The notes beneath the pieces are model-generated. The model was not told where the DNA came from. It did not search any database and was given only the letters and a program-made list of their open reading frames with translations. Shown piece after piece: positions 1 to 18,890 of a stretch of DNA of 32,000 nucleotides. A program made the translations under genes and the position numbers. Position 1 is the stretch's first letter, and each line of letters begins with the position of its first letter. The DNA lies in the NCBI RefSeq assembly GCF_052907965.1, contig NZ_CM128593.1. One strand, written 5' to 3'.

Positions 1-130
1 TATCAGCAGGTCAAGAATTAAGTCACTGGTTGTCTGCATATTGCTTTTTAGCAATCATGTAATACTGCACTTTTGTACCACGGGTGGTACTTTTTGCTCT
101 TCTAGCAATCGCCAAATCGTTTTGTGATTA

Positions 131-319
131 CTATTTTTTTTGTGTAATTTCATTTTTCGAAATCATATCTTGTTTTGCATCGTTTAAATATTCATCTATC
201 AGATAATTCACGATCTCCGACCATTTTGTGACTTTTCCTGTTTTGGCTGTGATATCTACGGCTGCTCTTTCTATTCTCAGATATCTCTCGTTGCTTATAC
301 CAATACTTTTCCTGCTCAT
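131..319 (-). CDS. Small ribbon-helix-helix-like phage repressor/regulator (62 aa), divergent from rep
   Basis: The N-terminal segment KSIGISNERYLRIERAA followed by two helices (TKWSEIVNYLIDEYL) fits the Arc/CopG RHH pattern. Its position, divergent from the replication gene, parallels rstR-type regulators of filamentous phages. Confidence 0.6.
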   Translation of the reverse strand: MSRKSIGISNERYLRIERAAVDITAKTGKVTKWSEIVNYLIDEYLNDAKQDMISKNEITQKK

Positions 320-2467
<2,148 letters not shown>

Positions 2468-2497
2468 CTGAATTTTTAACATTGAGGAGTCTGCTTT

Positions 2498-2923
2498 ATG
2501 AATCAAATTTACGACAGTTTTCCGTTTCCTTCCCCTGAGGGTTTTACCTCAGGCATGACAATGGCGGGATATTTTATTCACGCCACTGTCATAAATGATG
2601 AGGAGTTAAAACCCACGGGTTCTCATTATAACCCTGAGGCTAAACCCAAATATGCCATTGTTATTGCCTATCCGTATGAGGACCGAAAATTAAAAGTCCG
2701 CCGTGAGGAGCATGAGCGATTTTCCTGTACTGAGGAGGATTTTAAATTTTTTAATTCATGTCCTGATTTGCAGGGCAAACCTGTTTATCTCACGGTGGAT
2801 GTTAACTCATGGTCGACAGGCTCAGAACGTCATGGTGTCTGGTATCGTTTTATTTCCGGCTCCATGAAACGTTTTGACGGTCAGCCGCTGGGTGCACTGC
2901 CCGCAGGTAAAGAAAAAGGCTGA
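2498..2923 (+). CDS. Hypothetical protein (141 aa) at the gene V position; candidate ssDNA-binding protein by synteny only
   Basis: GAGGAG SD 8 nt upstream of the ATG. Lies between rep and the small membrane proteins. I recognise no diagnostic motif. Confidence 0.55.
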   Translation: MNQIYDSFPFPSPEGFTSGMTMAGYFIHATVINDEELKPTGSHYNPEAKPKYAIVIAYPYEDRKLKVRREEHERFSCTEEDFKFFNSCPDLQGKPVYLTVDVNSWSTGSERHGVWYRFISGSMKRFDGQPLGALPAGKEKG

Positions 2924-2927
2924 TGAT

Positions 2928-3068
2928 ATGTCTGACGCTGATTTTCTGAACTTTGTTTTATTTGCTGCGCCTGCAATGATTTTATTTTCTTCAGGTTTTG
3001 GCATCGGAATAAAACTGATTCGCGCCTGTGACTCACAAAGCATTACTGTTCAGCGTTATTATGACTGA
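2928..3068 (+). CDS. Small single-TM protein (46 aa), gene VII position (minor coat candidate)
   Basis: MSDADFLNFVLFAAPAMILFSSGFGIGIKLI has one hydrophobic helix. The ATG at 2928 follows the upstream stop; the track ORF 2874-3068 is an overlapping upstream extension. Confidence 0.5.
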   Translation: MSDADFLNFVLFAAPAMILFSSGFGIGIKLIRACDSQSITVQRYYD

Positions 3069-3231
3069 ATTTGATTTCAGCGGTGTTTTATCCGCACTGA
3101 ATTCTGGCGTACAGGACGGGGAGCTTTACTGGTCCGTTCTTTATGTCTGGATTGTCTGCTGGCTTCTTGGCTTTGGTCTTGGTGTTATTTTCACTCTGGT
3201 CTGCCGGATGTTCAGTGATGCTGTTAATTAA
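3061..3231 (+). CDS. Small single-TM protein (56 aa), gene IX position (minor coat candidate)
   Basis: The ATG at 3061 overlaps the upstream stop (tATGacTGA coupling). Hydrophobic helix YVWIVCWLLGFGLGVIFTLV. Confidence 0.5.
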   Translation: MTEFDFSGVLSALNSGVQDGELYWSVLYVWIVCWLLGFGLGVIFTLVCRMFSDAVN

Positions 3232-3237
3232 TTTTAA

Positions 3238-3498
<261 letters not shown>

Positions 3499-3513
3499 TA
3501 GTTATTTAACGAC

Positions 3514-3537
3514 AGCGCCCTCCGGGGCGCTTTTTTA
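3514..3537 (+). terminator. Rho-independent terminator after the major coat gene
   Basis: AGCGCCC-tccg-GGGCGCT stem-loop followed by TTTTTT. Confidence 0.65.
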
Positions 3538-3549
3538 ATCATACCAGGA

Positions 3550-4914
3550 GTGTTTTGTTTGATTCACTTTATTATTCCGCTTCTGTTTTTGTTCTTTTCC
3601 TCGTTTTCTTTCGCTGAAGAGAAAGAAAATCCGGATGCACTTGTTCAGTGTGCAGGCCATTCATCCTGCAGGACAGATTATTCGGACGCGGGGACGTCGA
3701 TTAAATTAGCCAGGGCGGCCGGTCATCTTTTCTGTGGTTCGGGCAGTTATGACGCATGTTCCGGAATAATTCATTATTGTGGTGTGCCACTTTCCACGCC
3801 TGTTAATGCACCTTCGACTGTCGGGTCTTTTGTCCGTGCCCGGTGGTCAGCATATAAAGTCTGGGATTCAGACAAGCAAAAGTGGACAGCCTGCACCCTT
3901 GCTTTTCAGGGTGGTGAGGGGGATTTGACACCTGAATATAATAAGCCGCCAACTGACGAGATTTGTCTTTCTCGTCCGGTTCTTGATGGTATGACTTTTT
4001 CTGATGTTTATAAAGGTGATGACGGGACCCGTTATGTTAATGTGCAGGGGTGTATTTATGAGGCAACCGGCAATCCTCTTATTTGTAATCCCGATGATGA
4101 TACAGTTTGTACTGCCGACTGGAAACCAGTTGCTGTAGATCCTGCATTCTCCGATGGTAAGGAGGATGGCGGTAGCTCAGGTGGTGGCAGTTCCGGTGGT
4201 GGTAACCCAGGCGGCGGCAGTTCCGGTGGTGGTTCAGGTTCTGGCTCCGGTGGTTCATCCGGTAGCGGTGGCTCCGGCTCGGGTTCCGGCGGCTCATCCG
4301 GCAGTGGTGGTTCAGGTTCTGGCTCCGGTGGTTCATCCGGTAGCGGTGGCTCCGGCTCGGGCTCCGGCGGTTCATCCGGTAGCGGTAGTTCAGGTTCAGG
4401 ATCCGGTGGCTCATCCGGCGATGACAATGGCTGGCTTGATGGTATTTTGGGCTGGTTAAAAACAATATGGGTGTCAGTGAATGATTTAAATAATGCTTTT
4501 TCTGTTTCTCAGGCTGATATGAATAATGCATTAAATTCACTGGACAATGGTATTAAAGATATTAGTCAGAATATAGCTTCTTCTTTGCCTGATGGGGATT
4601 TCCCTTTAGGGGAGCTTTCGCATTATTTGCCAGGACAGGGAAGTGAGAGTCATGATAATAACAATTGGCTTACAGTTAATATTGACAAACTGGTAAATAC
4701 AAATAATGGAACTGCTCTTCCTTTTACTTTACAGTTTAGCTTTAATCTTCCGTTGATTGGCGCGATTAATTTCAAGATTGATACAAGCCATTTTGCAAAA
4801 GCTTATGACGATTATGTTCGTTCTGTTCTTGAATATGCTATTTATATGATAACCATGTTACGCGTTTTTGTTATTTCTCGCCGTACATTATTTGAACGTG
4901 AGGTAAAACTCTGA
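3550..4914 (+). CDS. pIII-like minor coat/adsorption protein
   Basis: Signal peptide (FIIPLLFLFFSSFSFA), a Cys-rich N-terminal domain, a long Gly/Ser linker and a C-terminal hydrophobic anchor (YAIYMITMLRVFVISRR). Start is GTG 3550 or TTG 3559 (AGGAG SD at 3546-3550). Confidence 0.8.
   Translation: MFCLIHFIIPLLFLFFSSFSFAEEKENPDALVQCAGHSSCRTDYSDAGTSIKLARAAGHLFCGSGSYDACSGIIHYCGVPLSTPVNAPSTVGSFVRARWSAYKVWDSDKQKWTACTLAFQGGEGDLTPEYNKPPTDEICLSRPVLDGMTFSDVYKGDDGTRYVNVQGCIYEATGNPLICNPDDDTVCTADWKPVAVDPAFSDGKEDGGSSGGGSSGGGNPGGGSSGGGSGSGSGGSSGSGGSGSGSGGSSGSGGSGSGSGGSSGSGGSGSGSGGSSGSGSSGSGSGGSSGDDNGWLDGILGWLKTIWVSVNDLNNAFSVSQADMNNALNSLDNGIKDISQNIASSLPDGDFPLGELSHYLPGQGSESHDNNNWLTVNIDKLVNTNNGTALPFTLQFSFNLPLIGAINFKIDTSHFAKAYDDYVRSVLEYAIYMITMLRVFVISRRTLFEREVKL
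4231..4425 (+). repeat. Five tandem 39-bp units encoding GSGSGSGGSSGSG inside the pIII linker
   Basis: Units alternate between two codon versions, giving a 78-bp higher-order period. This explains the spurious ORFs 4056-4427(-), 4079-4540(-) and 4154-4459(+). Confidence 0.85.
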
Positions 4915-5273
4915 TGTGGGCCATTTTAGGTGCTTTTTTTGTTGATGTTGTTTTAAAATCACTACGTTTCATTGCAGGAGTTATCGGTGATAAAGCTGTT
5001 GCATGGGCTAAGCTCCTTTCTTATCTTGGTCTTTGCTACACTTCATATTATGCTCTTGTATCTGCCGTCAATTTTATTATTCGTCAAATCTCCGATGTTA
5101 ATAAACTCGATGTTATTGTAGTTGCATTCAGTTACCTTCCTTTAAATATTCAGTACTGTTTTAATATCATCCTCCATGTTCAATTTATTTCATACATATA
5201 TCTTTATAAGGATAGAGTGTATCGATTGGTTTATGATTTATTTAAATCAAATGGGCTTAATGTTGGCAAGTAA
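4914..5273 (+). CDS. pVI-like minor coat membrane protein (119 aa)
   Basis: ATGA start/stop overlap with the pIII-like gene. Very hydrophobic, similar in size to Ff pVI, and at the syntenic position. Confidence 0.6.
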   Translation: MWAILGAFFVDVVLKSLRFIAGVIGDKAVAWAKLLSYLGLCYTSYYALVSAVNFIIRQISDVNKLDVIVVAFSYLPLNIQYCFNIILHVQFISYIYLYKDRVYRLVYDLFKSNGLNVGK

Positions 5274-5287
5274 TTTTGCGGGGGTAA

Positions 5288-6502
<1,215 letters not shown>

Positions 6503-6515
6503 GACAGAGGACACT

Positions 6516-6645
<130 letters not shown>

Positions 6646-6658
6646 TCAACCAGCTTAC

Positions 6659-6691
<33 letters not shown>

Positions 6692-6692
6692 G

Positions 6693-6729
<37 letters not shown>

Positions 6730-6854
6730 CCCCCTGTAGTGTGCACCGCAGCTTAATCCGTGCTTTGTTTCCATGGACTGCACCTGCCTGCCGGACTGAC
6801 AGGTCTGACGGATGAACAGAGAGGCAGAATGCTTCAGTTGCGCGTGTGATGGCA

Positions 6855-6939
<85 letters not shown>

Positions 6940-6970
6940 TGCTCTTTGCTGACATGGTCAACCAGCTTAC

Positions 6971-7048
<78 letters not shown>

Positions 7049-7121
7049 TAGTGTGCACCGCAGCTTAATCCGCGCTTTGTTTTCATGGACTGCACCTGCC
7101 TGCCGGACTGGCAGGTCTGAT

Positions 7122-7221
<100 letters not shown>

Positions 7222-7252
7222 AATATCTTCATGACTGAAAAACAGCACTTAA

Positions 7253-8470
<1,218 letters not shown>

Positions 8471-8523
8471 GTGCCGACCGGGATTATCAGGACGCGGCAT
8501 CTCAGTTTACCCACCACAACATC

Positions 8524-8556
8524 AGTGCGCATAATGTGACACGCGTTATGTTGAAA
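8524..8556 (+). other. Phage attP (dif-like Xer recombination site) regenerated between the tandem copies
   Basis: AGTGCGCATAA-TGTGACACGCG-TTATGTTGAAA. The XerC arm and the first 3 nt of the spacer are identical to the dif-like site at 17263-17276; the sequences diverge after that. Confidence 0.7.
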
Positions 8557-8559
8557 AGG

Positions 8560-8593
8560 CCGCTGCGATACTCTCCACCGCAGCGGTCTTTTT
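8560..8593. terminator. Bidirectional rho-independent terminator
   Basis: AAAAGG-CCGCTGCG-atactctccac-CGCAGCGG-TCTTTTT. The A-run upstream and T-run downstream would serve both the secretin transcript and the leftward repressor transcript. Confidence 0.6.
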
Positions 8594-8869
8594 ATACATA
8601 ACGTCATTGTGCGCACTGAACCTTAAAGGATTTCAGTGTCCTTACTTAGTTTGTTGTGTATGGTCATCACCAACGGTAGGACAAGCGTTATCAGGCTGAA
8701 TATTGTCATGCCTGTGATGCTGCCAACAACAAAATGCTTTATCAGCAGGTCAAGAATTAAGTCACTGGTTGTCTGCATATTGCTTTTTAGCAATCATGTA
8801 ATACTGCACTTTTGTACCACGGGTGGTACTTTTTGCTCTTCTAGCAATCGCCAAATCGTTTTGTGATTA

Positions 8870-9058
8870 CTATTTTTTTTGTGTAATTTCATTTTTCGAA
8901 ATCATATCTTGTTTTGCATCGTTTAAATATTCATCTATCAGATAATTCACGATCTCCGACCATTTTGTGACTTTTCCTGTTTTGGCTGTGATATCTACGG
9001 CTGCTCTTTCTATTCTCAGATATCTCTCGTTGCTTATACCAATACTTTTCCTGCTCAT
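8870..9058 (-). CDS. RHH-like phage repressor, copy 2
   Basis: Identical translation to 131-319 (offset 8739). Confidence 0.6.
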   Translation of the reverse strand: MSRKSIGISNERYLRIERAAVDITAKTGKVTKWSEIVNYLIDEYLNDAKQDMISKNEITQKK

Positions 9059-11206
<2,148 letters not shown>

Positions 11207-11236
11207 CTGAATTTTTAACATTGAGGAGTCTGCTTT

Positions 11237-11662
11237 ATGAATCAAATTTACGACAGTTTTCCGTTTCCTTCCCCTGAGGGTTTTACCTCAGGCATGACAA
11301 TGGCGGGATATTTTATTCACGCCACTGTCATAAATGATGAGGAGTTAAAACCCACGGGTTCTCATTATAACCCTGAGGCTAAACCCAAATATGCCATTGT
11401 TATTGCCTATCCGTATGAGGACCGAAAATTAAAAGTCCGCCGTGAGGAGCATGAGCGATTTTCCTGTACTGAGGAGGATTTTAAATTTTTTAATTCATGT
11501 CCTGATTTGCAGGGCAAACCTGTTTATCTCACGGTGGATGTTAACTCATGGTCGACAGGCTCAGAACGTCATGGTGTCTGGTATCGTTTTATTTCCGGCT
11601 CCATGAAACGTTTTGACGGTCAGCCGCTGGGTGCACTGCCCGCAGGTAAAGAAAAAGGCTGA
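11237..11662 (+). CDS. Hypothetical protein at the gene V position, copy 2
   Basis: Identical to 2498-2923. Confidence 0.55.
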   Translation: MNQIYDSFPFPSPEGFTSGMTMAGYFIHATVINDEELKPTGSHYNPEAKPKYAIVIAYPYEDRKLKVRREEHERFSCTEEDFKFFNSCPDLQGKPVYLTVDVNSWSTGSERHGVWYRFISGSMKRFDGQPLGALPAGKEKG

Positions 11663-11666
11663 TGAT

Positions 11667-11807
11667 ATGTCTGACGCTGATTTTCTGAACTTTGTTTTAT
11701 TTGCTGCGCCTGCAATGATTTTATTTTCTTCAGGTTTTGGCATCGGAATAAAACTGATTCGCGCCTGTGACTCACAAAGCATTACTGTTCAGCGTTATTA
11801 TGACTGA
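11667..11807 (+). CDS. Small single-TM protein (gene VII position), copy 2
   Basis: Identical to 2928-3068. Confidence 0.5.
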   Translation: MSDADFLNFVLFAAPAMILFSSGFGIGIKLIRACDSQSITVQRYYD

Positions 11808-11970
11808 ATTTGATTTCAGCGGTGTTTTATCCGCACTGAATTCTGGCGTACAGGACGGGGAGCTTTACTGGTCCGTTCTTTATGTCTGGATTGTCTGCTG
11901 GCTTCTTGGCTTTGGTCTTGGTGTTATTTTCACTCTGGTCTGCCGGATGTTCAGTGATGCTGTTAATTAA
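11800..11970 (+). CDS. Small single-TM protein (gene IX position), copy 2
   Basis: Identical to 3061-3231. Confidence 0.5.
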   Translation: MTEFDFSGVLSALNSGVQDGELYWSVLYVWIVCWLLGFGLGVIFTLVCRMFSDAVN

Positions 11971-11976
11971 TTTTAA

Positions 11977-12237
<261 letters not shown>

Positions 12238-12252
12238 TAGTTATTTAACGAC

Positions 12253-12276
12253 AGCGCCCTCCGGGGCGCTTTTTTA
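12253..12276 (+). terminator. Terminator after the major coat gene, copy 2
   Basis: Identical to 3514-3537. Confidence 0.65.
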
Positions 12277-12288
12277 ATCATACCAGGA

Positions 12289-13653
12289 GTGTTTTGTTTG
12301 ATTCACTTTATTATTCCGCTTCTGTTTTTGTTCTTTTCCTCGTTTTCTTTCGCTGAAGAGAAAGAAAATCCGGATGCACTTGTTCAGTGTGCAGGCCATT
12401 CATCCTGCAGGACAGATTATTCGGACGCGGGGACGTCGATTAAATTAGCCAGGGCGGCCGGTCATCTTTTCTGTGGTTCGGGCAGTTATGACGCATGTTC
12501 CGGAATAATTCATTATTGTGGTGTGCCACTTTCCACGCCTGTTAATGCACCTTCGACTGTCGGGTCTTTTGTCCGTGCCCGGTGGTCAGCATATAAAGTC
12601 TGGGATTCAGACAAGCAAAAGTGGACAGCCTGCACCCTTGCTTTTCAGGGTGGTGAGGGGGATTTGACACCTGAATATAATAAGCCGCCAACTGACGAGA
12701 TTTGTCTTTCTCGTCCGGTTCTTGATGGTATGACTTTTTCTGATGTTTATAAAGGTGATGACGGGACCCGTTATGTTAATGTGCAGGGGTGTATTTATGA
12801 GGCAACCGGCAATCCTCTTATTTGTAATCCCGATGATGATACAGTTTGTACTGCCGACTGGAAACCAGTTGCTGTAGATCCTGCATTCTCCGATGGTAAG
12901 GAGGATGGCGGTAGCTCAGGTGGTGGCAGTTCCGGTGGTGGTAACCCAGGCGGCGGCAGTTCCGGTGGTGGTTCAGGTTCTGGCTCCGGTGGTTCATCCG
13001 GTAGCGGTGGCTCCGGCTCGGGTTCCGGCGGCTCATCCGGCAGTGGTGGTTCAGGTTCTGGCTCCGGTGGTTCATCCGGTAGCGGTGGCTCCGGCTCGGG
13101 CTCCGGCGGTTCATCCGGTAGCGGTAGTTCAGGTTCAGGATCCGGTGGCTCATCCGGCGATGACAATGGCTGGCTTGATGGTATTTTGGGCTGGTTAAAA
13201 ACAATATGGGTGTCAGTGAATGATTTAAATAATGCTTTTTCTGTTTCTCAGGCTGATATGAATAATGCATTAAATTCACTGGACAATGGTATTAAAGATA
13301 TTAGTCAGAATATAGCTTCTTCTTTGCCTGATGGGGATTTCCCTTTAGGGGAGCTTTCGCATTATTTGCCAGGACAGGGAAGTGAGAGTCATGATAATAA
13401 CAATTGGCTTACAGTTAATATTGACAAACTGGTAAATACAAATAATGGAACTGCTCTTCCTTTTACTTTACAGTTTAGCTTTAATCTTCCGTTGATTGGC
13501 GCGATTAATTTCAAGATTGATACAAGCCATTTTGCAAAAGCTTATGACGATTATGTTCGTTCTGTTCTTGAATATGCTATTTATATGATAACCATGTTAC
13601 GCGTTTTTGTTATTTCTCGCCGTACATTATTTGAACGTGAGGTAAAACTCTGA
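12289..13653 (+). CDS. pIII-like adsorption protein, copy 2
   Basis: Identical to 3550-4914, including the same number of Gly/Ser units (repeat at 12970-13164). Confidence 0.8.
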   Translation: MFCLIHFIIPLLFLFFSSFSFAEEKENPDALVQCAGHSSCRTDYSDAGTSIKLARAAGHLFCGSGSYDACSGIIHYCGVPLSTPVNAPSTVGSFVRARWSAYKVWDSDKQKWTACTLAFQGGEGDLTPEYNKPPTDEICLSRPVLDGMTFSDVYKGDDGTRYVNVQGCIYEATGNPLICNPDDDTVCTADWKPVAVDPAFSDGKEDGGSSGGGSSGGGNPGGGSSGGGSGSGSGGSSGSGGSGSGSGGSSGSGGSGSGSGGSSGSGGSGSGSGGSSGSGSSGSGSGGSSGDDNGWLDGILGWLKTIWVSVNDLNNAFSVSQADMNNALNSLDNGIKDISQNIASSLPDGDFPLGELSHYLPGQGSESHDNNNWLTVNIDKLVNTNNGTALPFTLQFSFNLPLIGAINFKIDTSHFAKAYDDYVRSVLEYAIYMITMLRVFVISRRTLFEREVKL

Positions 13654-14012
13654 TGTGGGCCATTTTAGGTGCTTTTTTTGTTGATGTTGTTTTAAAATCA
13701 CTACGTTTCATTGCAGGAGTTATCGGTGATAAAGCTGTTGCATGGGCTAAGCTCCTTTCTTATCTTGGTCTTTGCTACACTTCATATTATGCTCTTGTAT
13801 CTGCCGTCAATTTTATTATTCGTCAAATCTCCGATGTTAATAAACTCGATGTTATTGTAGTTGCATTCAGTTACCTTCCTTTAAATATTCAGTACTGTTT
13901 TAATATCATCCTCCATGTTCAATTTATTTCATACATATATCTTTATAAGGATAGAGTGTATCGATTGGTTTATGATTTATTTAAATCAAATGGGCTTAAT
14001 GTTGGCAAGTAA
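13653..14012 (+). CDS. pVI-like minor coat protein, copy 2
   Basis: Identical to 4914-5273. Confidence 0.6.
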   Translation: MWAILGAFFVDVVLKSLRFIAGVIGDKAVAWAKLLSYLGLCYTSYYALVSAVNFIIRQISDVNKLDVIVVAFSYLPLNIQYCFNIILHVQFISYIYLYKDRVYRLVYDLFKSNGLNVGK

Positions 14013-14026
14013 TTTTGCGGGGGTAA

Positions 14027-15241
<1,215 letters not shown>

Positions 15242-15254
15242 GACAGAGGACACT

Positions 15255-15960
<706 letters not shown>

Positions 15961-15991
15961 AATATCTTCATGACTGAAAAACAGCACTTAA

Positions 15992-17209
<1,218 letters not shown>

Positions 17210-17262
17210 GTGCCGACCGGGATTATCAGGACGCGGCATCTCAGTTTACCCACCACAACATC

Positions 17263-17290
17263 AGTGCGCATAATGTATATTATGTTAAAT
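17263..17290 (+). other. dif: dif chromosome dimer-resolution site (hybrid attR: phage XerC-side, host XerD-side)
   Basis: AGTGCGCATAATGTATATTATGTTAAAT matches the E. coli dif consensus GGTGCGCATAATGTATATTATGTTAAAT at 27 of 28 positions. Phage identity ends at 17276. Confidence 0.85.
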
Positions 17291-17350
17291 CGCATCTGAG
17301 TGATACGGAGTGATTTTCCGGTAGTCGTTATTCGTTCAGGGTTCCAGAAC

Positions 17351-17561
17351 TTAAGCCTCTCCTCTTTCATAATTGGCCTGTGCATGCCGGATATAGGCTG
17401 GCTGGTATGCAGATTTGCCGTTTGCCGCATCTTCCCAGCGTTGAAGACTCAAGCTGGTAAACCGCGTGCAAATGAGCACGCCCTCTTTCCATCAACACTT
17501 CAGATAGAAAATGCAGAGCGCCTGCAATGCTTCGGTTTCGTCGCAGCGGTAGCAAACTCAC
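17351..17561 (-). pseudogene. AraC-family regulator remnant (yneL-like), frameshifted and truncated
   Basis: Minus-strand frames read IAGALHFLSEVLMERG...YQLESS, then in a shifted frame SLQRWEDAANGKSAYQPAYIRHAQA. Together these fit the AraC HTH pattern S.S.L.R.F...G.S...Y...R...A. No intact ORF. Confidence 0.4.
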
Positions 17562-17757
17562 TCTTATTAATCCAACGCCCTACTTCATTACCGTAACAAA
17601 TATGAAAGCAGGAAATAGCAATCTCCCAAACACCATGGTGCCGCCAAAAGGTGAAGTATCGGTGGATATCCCGCATGCTGCCACCGGGGATATCAGTTTT
17701 CAGACGATCAATGATTACGGCGCATTAACTCCGCGTATTAAGGCAACCATGCAGTAA
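17527..17757 (+). pseudogene. C-terminal fragment of a PapD/FimC-like periplasmic fimbrial chaperone
   Basis: KLTLINPTPYFITVTNM...FQTINDYGALTP is a typical chaperone C-terminal domain. The N-terminal ~150 aa and the signal peptide are absent. Confidence 0.6.
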
Positions 17758-17798
17758 GCCAGTGACCTAATTAATAATAAACTCAATCGGAATTAATA

Positions 17799-18890
17799 AT
17801 GACAGCCTTTCGTGCCGCATTTAAGGCATATCGTTTGCATCAGGTGTTACTACTGCCTCGCTTTGTACGGCTTACCATTGCCCTTGGCTTAGCAACTGCG
17901 GTATTTCCCGTTGACGCAGAGTATTATTTTAATCCACGGTTTTTAAGCAATGATCTTGCTGAATCTGTCGATTTATCCGCCTTTACTAAGGGACGCGAGG
18001 CACCACCTGGTACATATCGGATCGACATTTATTTGAACGACGAATTTATGACTAGTCGGGATATTACTTTTATTGCAGATGATAATAATGCAGATCTCAT
18101 CCCATGCCTGAGTACAGATCTTCTTGTCAGTCTTGGCATAAAAAAATCTGCGTTATTAGACAATAAGGAACATTCAGCAGAAAAACATGTGCCGGACAAC
18201 AGCGCATGCACACCACTTCAGGATCGTTTGGTCGACGCATCAACTGAGTTTGATGTTGGTCAGCAACATCTGTCACTCTCCGTTCCGCAAATTTATGTTG
18301 GCAGAATGGCTCGCGGCTATGTTTCTCCTGATCTGTGGGAAGAAGGAATAAATGCAGGGCTTCTAAACTATAGTTTTAATAGTAATTCTATTAATAATCG
18401 TAGTAACCATAATGCAGGAAAATCAAACTATGCATATTTGAATTTACAGAGTGGCATCAACATTGGTAGTTGGCGACTACGCGATAACTCAACGTGGAGT
18501 TATAACAGTGGGAGTAGCAATTCATCTGACAGCAATAAATGGCAGCATATCAATACGTCGGCTGAACGTGACATTATTCCCTTACGCTCACGGTTAACGG
18601 TAGGTGATAGTTATACCGATGGCGATATTTTTGATAGTGTGAACTTTCGTGGCCTCAAAATAAATTCAACAGAAGCGATGTTGCCCGATAGCCAACATGG
18701 TTTCGCTCCGGTGATTCATGGTATTGCCCGTGGCACCGCACAAGTGAGTGTAAAACAGAACGGATACGATGTTTATCAGACTACTGTTCCACCCGGCCCT
18801 TTTACTATTGATGATATCAACTCTGCGGCCAATGGTGGTGATCTGCAAGTAACCATAAAAGAGGCAGACGGCAGTATTCAGACATTATAG
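17799..18890 (+). pseudogene. ydeT: N-terminal ~40% of a FimD/PapC-like fimbrial usher (ydeT-like), truncated
   Basis: AEYYFNPRFLSND...PPGTYRIDIYLNDEF is a classic usher N-terminus. The ORF stops at 363 aa, whereas full-length ushers are about 850 aa. Confidence 0.7.

Noticed and set aside
4056-4540. Three overlapping ORFs (4056-4427 minus, 4079-4540 minus, 4154-4459 plus; also at +8739) encoding Pro/Glu-rich, His/Arg-rich or Val/Ala-rich proteins.
   Set aside because: They are alternative-frame and antisense readings of the GGT/TCC-rich Gly/Ser linker repeat of the pIII-like gene. Low-complexity repeats stay open in many frames, and these have no independent start signals.
8636-8866. Plus-strand 76-aa ORF downstream of attP (MSLLSLLCMV...).
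   Set aside because: It starts after a terminator, has no SD, has Cys/Ser/Ile-rich odd composition, and overlaps the leftward transcription unit.
8762-8872. The repressor ORF is followed, after TAG TAA, by an in-frame open stretch SQNDLAIARRAKSTTRGTKVQYYMIAKKQYADNQ. An A8 run lies just before the stops, which raised the possibility of readthrough or slippage extension.
   Set aside because: Two consecutive stop codons make readthrough implausible. Slippage on the A8 run would change frame and would not reach this in-frame segment. The +1 and -1 frames give only short, unremarkable extensions.
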